Below the pieces are notes generated by a model. It saw only the letters and a program-made list of their open reading frames with translations. It made no database searches and was not told the DNA's origin. This document shows positions 61,961-64,000 of a DNA stretch of 64,000 nt, one piece after another. The translations under genes and the position numbers were made by a program. Within the stretch, counting starts at the first letter, position 1. Every line of letters starts with the position of its first letter. Origin of the DNA: Setoptus koraiensis (lineage: Eukaryota > Animalia > Arthropoda); the NCBI GenBank assembly GCA_048013815.1, contig CM106585.1, forward strand, positions 13,082,001 to 13,146,000, given 5' to 3'.

Positions 61961-64000
61961 GGGTTATCAGCGGCTTGCGCTGCCAGGCATCCTGGCGACA
62001 GCGAGCGACCGATCGGCCAGGTAAGAGCCGGGCAATAGGCGGCTGAAGGCCGCCGAGAGCTGGCCAGATTTGAATACGTAAGCACCGCGTCGGGCTCTCG
62101 ACGCGGGCGCCACACGTGCCCACCGGCCGATTCCTTGCGGTCAGTCGGGCTATTCAGCCTTTGTTTCGGGCTCCCGTTTTGCGGCTCGCTCCCGTTTGCG
62201 GCTAGCGCGCATCGTTTCGAGCAGCAATCCGGCCGGCCAAATGTATATCTGATTGAGCCGATTGGCGGGCATGGCCACGGGCGATCCGCTTCGTGATCCG
62301 CCGGCATCGCTGGCTCACCTGTGCGCCCGGCGCCCATTCCCGCCGCAACAACATGTTGACCGGCGCCAGCTTCAAATGAGCAGCTGCGCATACTAAACTG
62401 CCATTATGATAGCCTCATTTCGCTCACACAGCCAAGCTAACGGTCTCGCGCAGAATATAAATTTCAAAAACTTTTCCGTCGCTATTTGTTTTCGAGAATA
62501 CTTGTTGTGAGCATACTTTTCGAGAGATAATTTTGCCTCATTTTCATTCGTGCCGGCCATCTTGGGTGCACGCCACCGCCGCGTCCACGTCGGCGATATA
62601 GGACTCTGGCAGAGCTCTTGGGGGCCCGTCGGGGGGTAAGATTAATGGCCGGCCCTGTGGTGTTTGTGTGCGCGGTGCGCGTTGGCCGAAATGGCCGCTC
62701 ATTCAAATCGCTAACAACTCAACGCCGCGCCGCACCACAGCCCCCCAAATCTCATCTAAATCTGACGACTATCCATTTTAAATTTAAATTTATTACCAGC
62801 CACTAACGAGCTTATTATGCTCAAAAATCAAATCACTGAGCTGGCGGCCGGCGGCCGGTGACTGGCGACGAGCGCGACTGGCAAATTCAAATTGAACCCA
62901 GCGCCCAGCTCCAGGCCAAATATCTGGCAAATATCTGACTGTATGATCTAGCGTAACATAATGGCATAAAAGAAGATAAGAAGTGCTGCCGTCTCGCCAA
63001 GACGCGGCGAGCCACCCAATAAATTAGGGCCAACGTATTGGCAGATAATTCAGTTTGAGGCCCCGTGATCACGATGTCCTTGTATTATCGTATGTGCTGG
63101 CGTGACGCACACCTAAAGAATTTCCAGCAGAGATTAGAGTGGATGTGACGGTTATCCGGGCCTTGTCAGTGGCTCCCATCGACATGGCGGCTTAAATTGG
63201 CACTGACGTTTGCTGGCGGGGGCCCGCTCTCAAGGTACCGAACTTGTGCAGCAAAAAAGCGGGGCCACCGGAAAAAGCGGACAATGTCTCGGCTGTCGCG
63301 GCGCCGAGCAGCGGATTGATTTGATTTTGCACGCTTACACCGGCGATCCCATTAGAATCATTCAATCATCGGCCCGTCGTCGGCCAGCCGCTACTCGGGG
63401 CCCCGATCGACGGGCCTGTCGGCGGGCTGAGTGGCGACAGGCACTCCAAACCATAAGTTTGTCGCTGTTGGCCGGCCGGTGTTGTCGTTGGAGTAGCGAT
63501 TGGTAGCGACAAGCGACAAGCCGCTCCAACGGAGCGCCCCACTAAGACGGGCAGCAAATGCAAATGGGCGCCGCTAGTGCTCGCGCCCTTTCTAGATCAG
63601 ATATGATCATCATCAGCATATATCTTAATTAGTAGCTAGTTAACTCATGTCTATAATGGTGTTTACTGTGTCGCTTATTTATCCGGCGGCACGGCGCGCG
63701 GGGCGCATTTCGCCCTGTCGCCGGTGTGTCTGGCTGCGCCCGCTAGGCAGAGATGATTATGCTAATAATAATTTATCCGGAAGTTTCTTCAGAAACTGCC
63801 ACTGCAACGCTGTGTGTTCTGCTAATAATAGAGCGCGCAATAGGCACAACACATGCAATGGCTCGTGCTGCTCACTGAGGCATACGCAGTGGCTCCGCCA
63901 GACCAACTGCACTTTTGGCCTCATTTGGGGCCCCATTGTGCCGGCCCCAGCATGCACAAGTGCGAGAGAGGCGGCCGAATAGGAGCGGTGTGTGAGCAGT

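Overview
Eukaryotic animal DNA with spliceosomal GT-AG introns of about 75-100 nt; an arthropod, possibly a small-genome mite, is my inference, not something the sequence proves. No prokaryotic system, CRISPR array, rRNA or tRNA was found. The flanks are GC-rich and full of microsatellites. The left flank holds the first coding exon of an Epac/RapGEF4-like gene (minus strand), and the right flank holds an Hr51/unfulfilled (NR2E3-type) nuclear receptor (minus strand) plus about 25 kb of mostly non-coding upstream DNA. Between them (about 11-32.8 kb) is a compositionally different, AT-richer block. It contains two related foldback-type repeat elements, a tandem array of three secreted papain-family (C1A) proteases with a roughly 280-345 aa insertion bracketed by furin-type sites, an intronless Piwi-clade Argonaute with an intact DEDH tetrad preceded by an array of splice-acceptor-like repeats, and a PFKFB gene with two alternative duplicated terminal exons. 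Several decayed coding-like remnants, some with hemopexin-like motifs, are scattered through the window. The best candidate for an undescribed system is the furin-bracketed cathepsin polyprotein family. All homology calls are from motif recognition only; no searches were run.
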